Source: Candidatus Spongiisociaceae bacterium
Lineage (GTDB): Bacteria > Actinomycetota > Acidimicrobiia > Spongiisociales > Spongiisociaceae
DNA length: 64,000 nucleotides
Direction of reading: 5' to 3'
NCBI GenBank assembly: GCA_965262915.1
Contig: OZ253564.1
Coordinates: forward strand, 2,400,001 to 2,464,000
The notes below the pieces were generated by a model. It worked only from the letters and a program-made list of their open reading frames with translations, was not told where the DNA came from and searched no databases. Position numbers and translations under genes: made by a program. Positions 62,479-64,000 of the stretch are shown here, one piece after another. The stretch's first letter is position 1, and the number at the start of each line of letters is the position of its first letter.

Positions 62479-62585
62479 GCAGCAAGATCGAACGGTGAGT
62501 TCCGCTACGGCTAACGCTCGGTCAGTTTCGACCTGTCCCGGACCGGCGTTGGACGTCGGTCAGCCCGGCTACGCTCCTTCGCCTG

Positions 62586-63509
62586 ATGTCCCATCCCTCC
62601 GCTACCCCAGGCCGTCGACCCGTGCTGTCCACGGCCAAGGGATCGCGGCTCGGGACCTTCGGGCCGGTCGAGTGGGCGTTGCTCGTTGCTTCGGCGCTCA
62701 CCTGGGGCTCGTCGTTTCTTCTCATCGAGATCAGCCTGGAGTCGCTGGCGCCGCCGACGATCACCTGGGTGAGGATCACGCTCGGTTTCCTGGTCTTGAC
62801 CCTCGTCCCGGCAGCCCGAAGGCCGGTGGACCGGGCCGACTACCTGCGCGTGGGGCTGCTGGGGTTCACCTGGCTGGTAGTGCCGTTCCTCATCTTTCCC
62901 ATAGCCCAGCAACACATCGACTCGGCGCTGGCGGGGATGCTGATCGCCACCGTGCCGATCTTCAGCACTTCCATCGCCATAGTGCTCATGCGGTCACTCC
63001 CCCGGCTCCGCCAAGCGGTCGGCATAGCGCTGGGCTTCGCCGGTGCGGTCAGCATCGGCCTCCCGGCCGCTCGTGGTTCGTCCGCCGCTGCTTGGGGCGT
63101 GATGTTGGTGGTACTGGCGACCTTCTTCCACGGCATCTCTCTCAACCTGGCGGTCCCCCTCCAGCAGCGCTACGGGGCTCCCGCCGTGATGGTGCGGGCG
63201 ATCGGCGTAGCGGCCCTCGCCACCGCGCCCTTCGGCCTGGTTGGACTGGCCGGCTCGCAGTGGGGCACCGGACCGGTCCTTGCGATGATCGTGCTGGGAG
63301 TGAGCAATACCGGTGCCGCTTTCGTGCTCATGACTGCCTTCCTGGGCAGGGTGGGTTCTACCCGTGGCGGTGTCGCCGTGTATCTCGTTCCTATCATCGC
63401 CATGGTGCTGGGGGTGGTGTTCCGTTCGGAGGTCATCCTGCCCTTGCAGTGGGCCGGAACTGCAGTCGTGCTGTTGGGGGCATGGCTCACCAGCCGCCGC
63501 GAGGCCTGA
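62586..63509 (+). CDS. EamA/DMT paralogue 6
   Basis: 307 aa, collinear with the other copies. Confidence 0.9.
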   Translation: MSHPSATPGRRPVLSTAKGSRLGTFGPVEWALLVASALTWGSSFLLIEISLESLAPPTITWVRITLGFLVLTLVPAARRPVDRADYLRVGLLGFTWLVVPFLIFPIAQQHIDSALAGMLIATVPIFSTSIAIVLMRSLPRLRQAVGIALGFAGAVSIGLPAARGSSAAAWGVMLVVLATFFHGISLNLAVPLQQRYGAPAVMVRAIGVAALATAPFGLVGLAGSQWGTGPVLAMIVLGVSNTGAAFVLMTAFLGRVGSTRGGVAVYLVPIIAMVLGVVFRSEVILPLQWAGTAVVLLGAWLTSRREA

Positions 63510-63700
63510 CGGGGTCTTCAGAGAAGGGACCACCCCGAATGGTCACCGCCTCCACGGCTAGCTCGCGGACCTGCCGGTTGCCGGACGACTTGCCGGCTCG
63601 CCTTGTCCGCAGCATCAGTGTCGGGATTCATAGTGAACTCTGTAATGGTCGGCACTGTTTAGAGATTGTATGTGTCACAAGGCCGTGATACAACTACACC

Positions 63701-64000
63701 ATGAGAACCGAAGAGATGTTCGTGCACCTCGGTCATGCGGATATGGAGATGTCTGAAGGGTCTGGGTGCCCCTTACCTTCGGACAATGCAGTAGATGACC
63801 GGATCGCGGCTCTGCTGAGTGAGCTGGACCGTATCGAGATAAGCCCGATGTCCCGACCTCGAGCGGACCGCACGCTCGATCTCCTGGGTCGCATGAAGAC
63901 TCGGGTGGCATCGTTGATGTGTGATGTCAGCCGGACAGTGGCGGCGACGGACACCGACTCAGATCCGGCGGAGATCCTGCGTACGAAAGCCCGTCTCCCC
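63701..64000 (+). CDS. Partial ORF, possibly a DUF222/HNH family N-terminus
   Basis: Open frame MRTEEMF...DPAEILRTKARLP to the window end; family guessed from its helical pattern only. Confidence 0.4.
   Translation, partial: MRTEEMFVHLGHADMEMSEGSGCPLPSDNAVDDRIAALLSELDRIEISPMSRPRADRTLDLLGRMKTRVASLMCDVSRTVAATDTDSDPAEILRTKARLP

Noticed and set aside
63673-63694. PafBC-type promoter (TGTCAC-N10-TACAAC) before the last ORF
   Set aside because: Spacing fits, but both half-sites deviate from TGTCGG-N10-TAnnnT; too weak without a genome-wide motif.

Overview
High-GC actinobacterial chromosome window, most consistent with Acidimicrobiia. The backbone is two conserved minus-strand gene strings: tlyA-nadK-recN...pyrG...xerD-dksA-scpA-scpB-rluB, and the Pup-proteasome/Tat locus trmI-arc-dop-pup-prcB-prcA-pafA-pafB-pafC-tatB-tatC-helY. 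Accessory DNA interrupts it: a near-identical, 3'-truncated xerD duplicate flanking an MNT-HepT toxin-antitoxin pair whose toxin is split by an IS5 element; a HigBA pair; a PIN module; and a decaying ROK-regulated amino-sugar ABC/YhfX/NagB operon. It also holds a 163-bp MITE-like family (3 full copies plus 1 deleted copy) and a tandem array of 6 EamA/DMT paralogues plus fragments, interrupted by an ABC-type ATPase/TOPRIM-like pair and a Zn-ribbon-HNH gene. The strongest candidate for an uncharacterised system is a 9.3-kb four-gene operon (24453-33711): small membrane protein, membrane-anchored vWA protein, 1110-aa tubulin/FtsZ-like GTPase and 1020-aa multi-pass membrane protein. A ~175-nt rod-shaped 6S-like RNA candidate lies between pafC and tatB. 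All calls come from reading motifs by eye; no database searches or folding programs were run.
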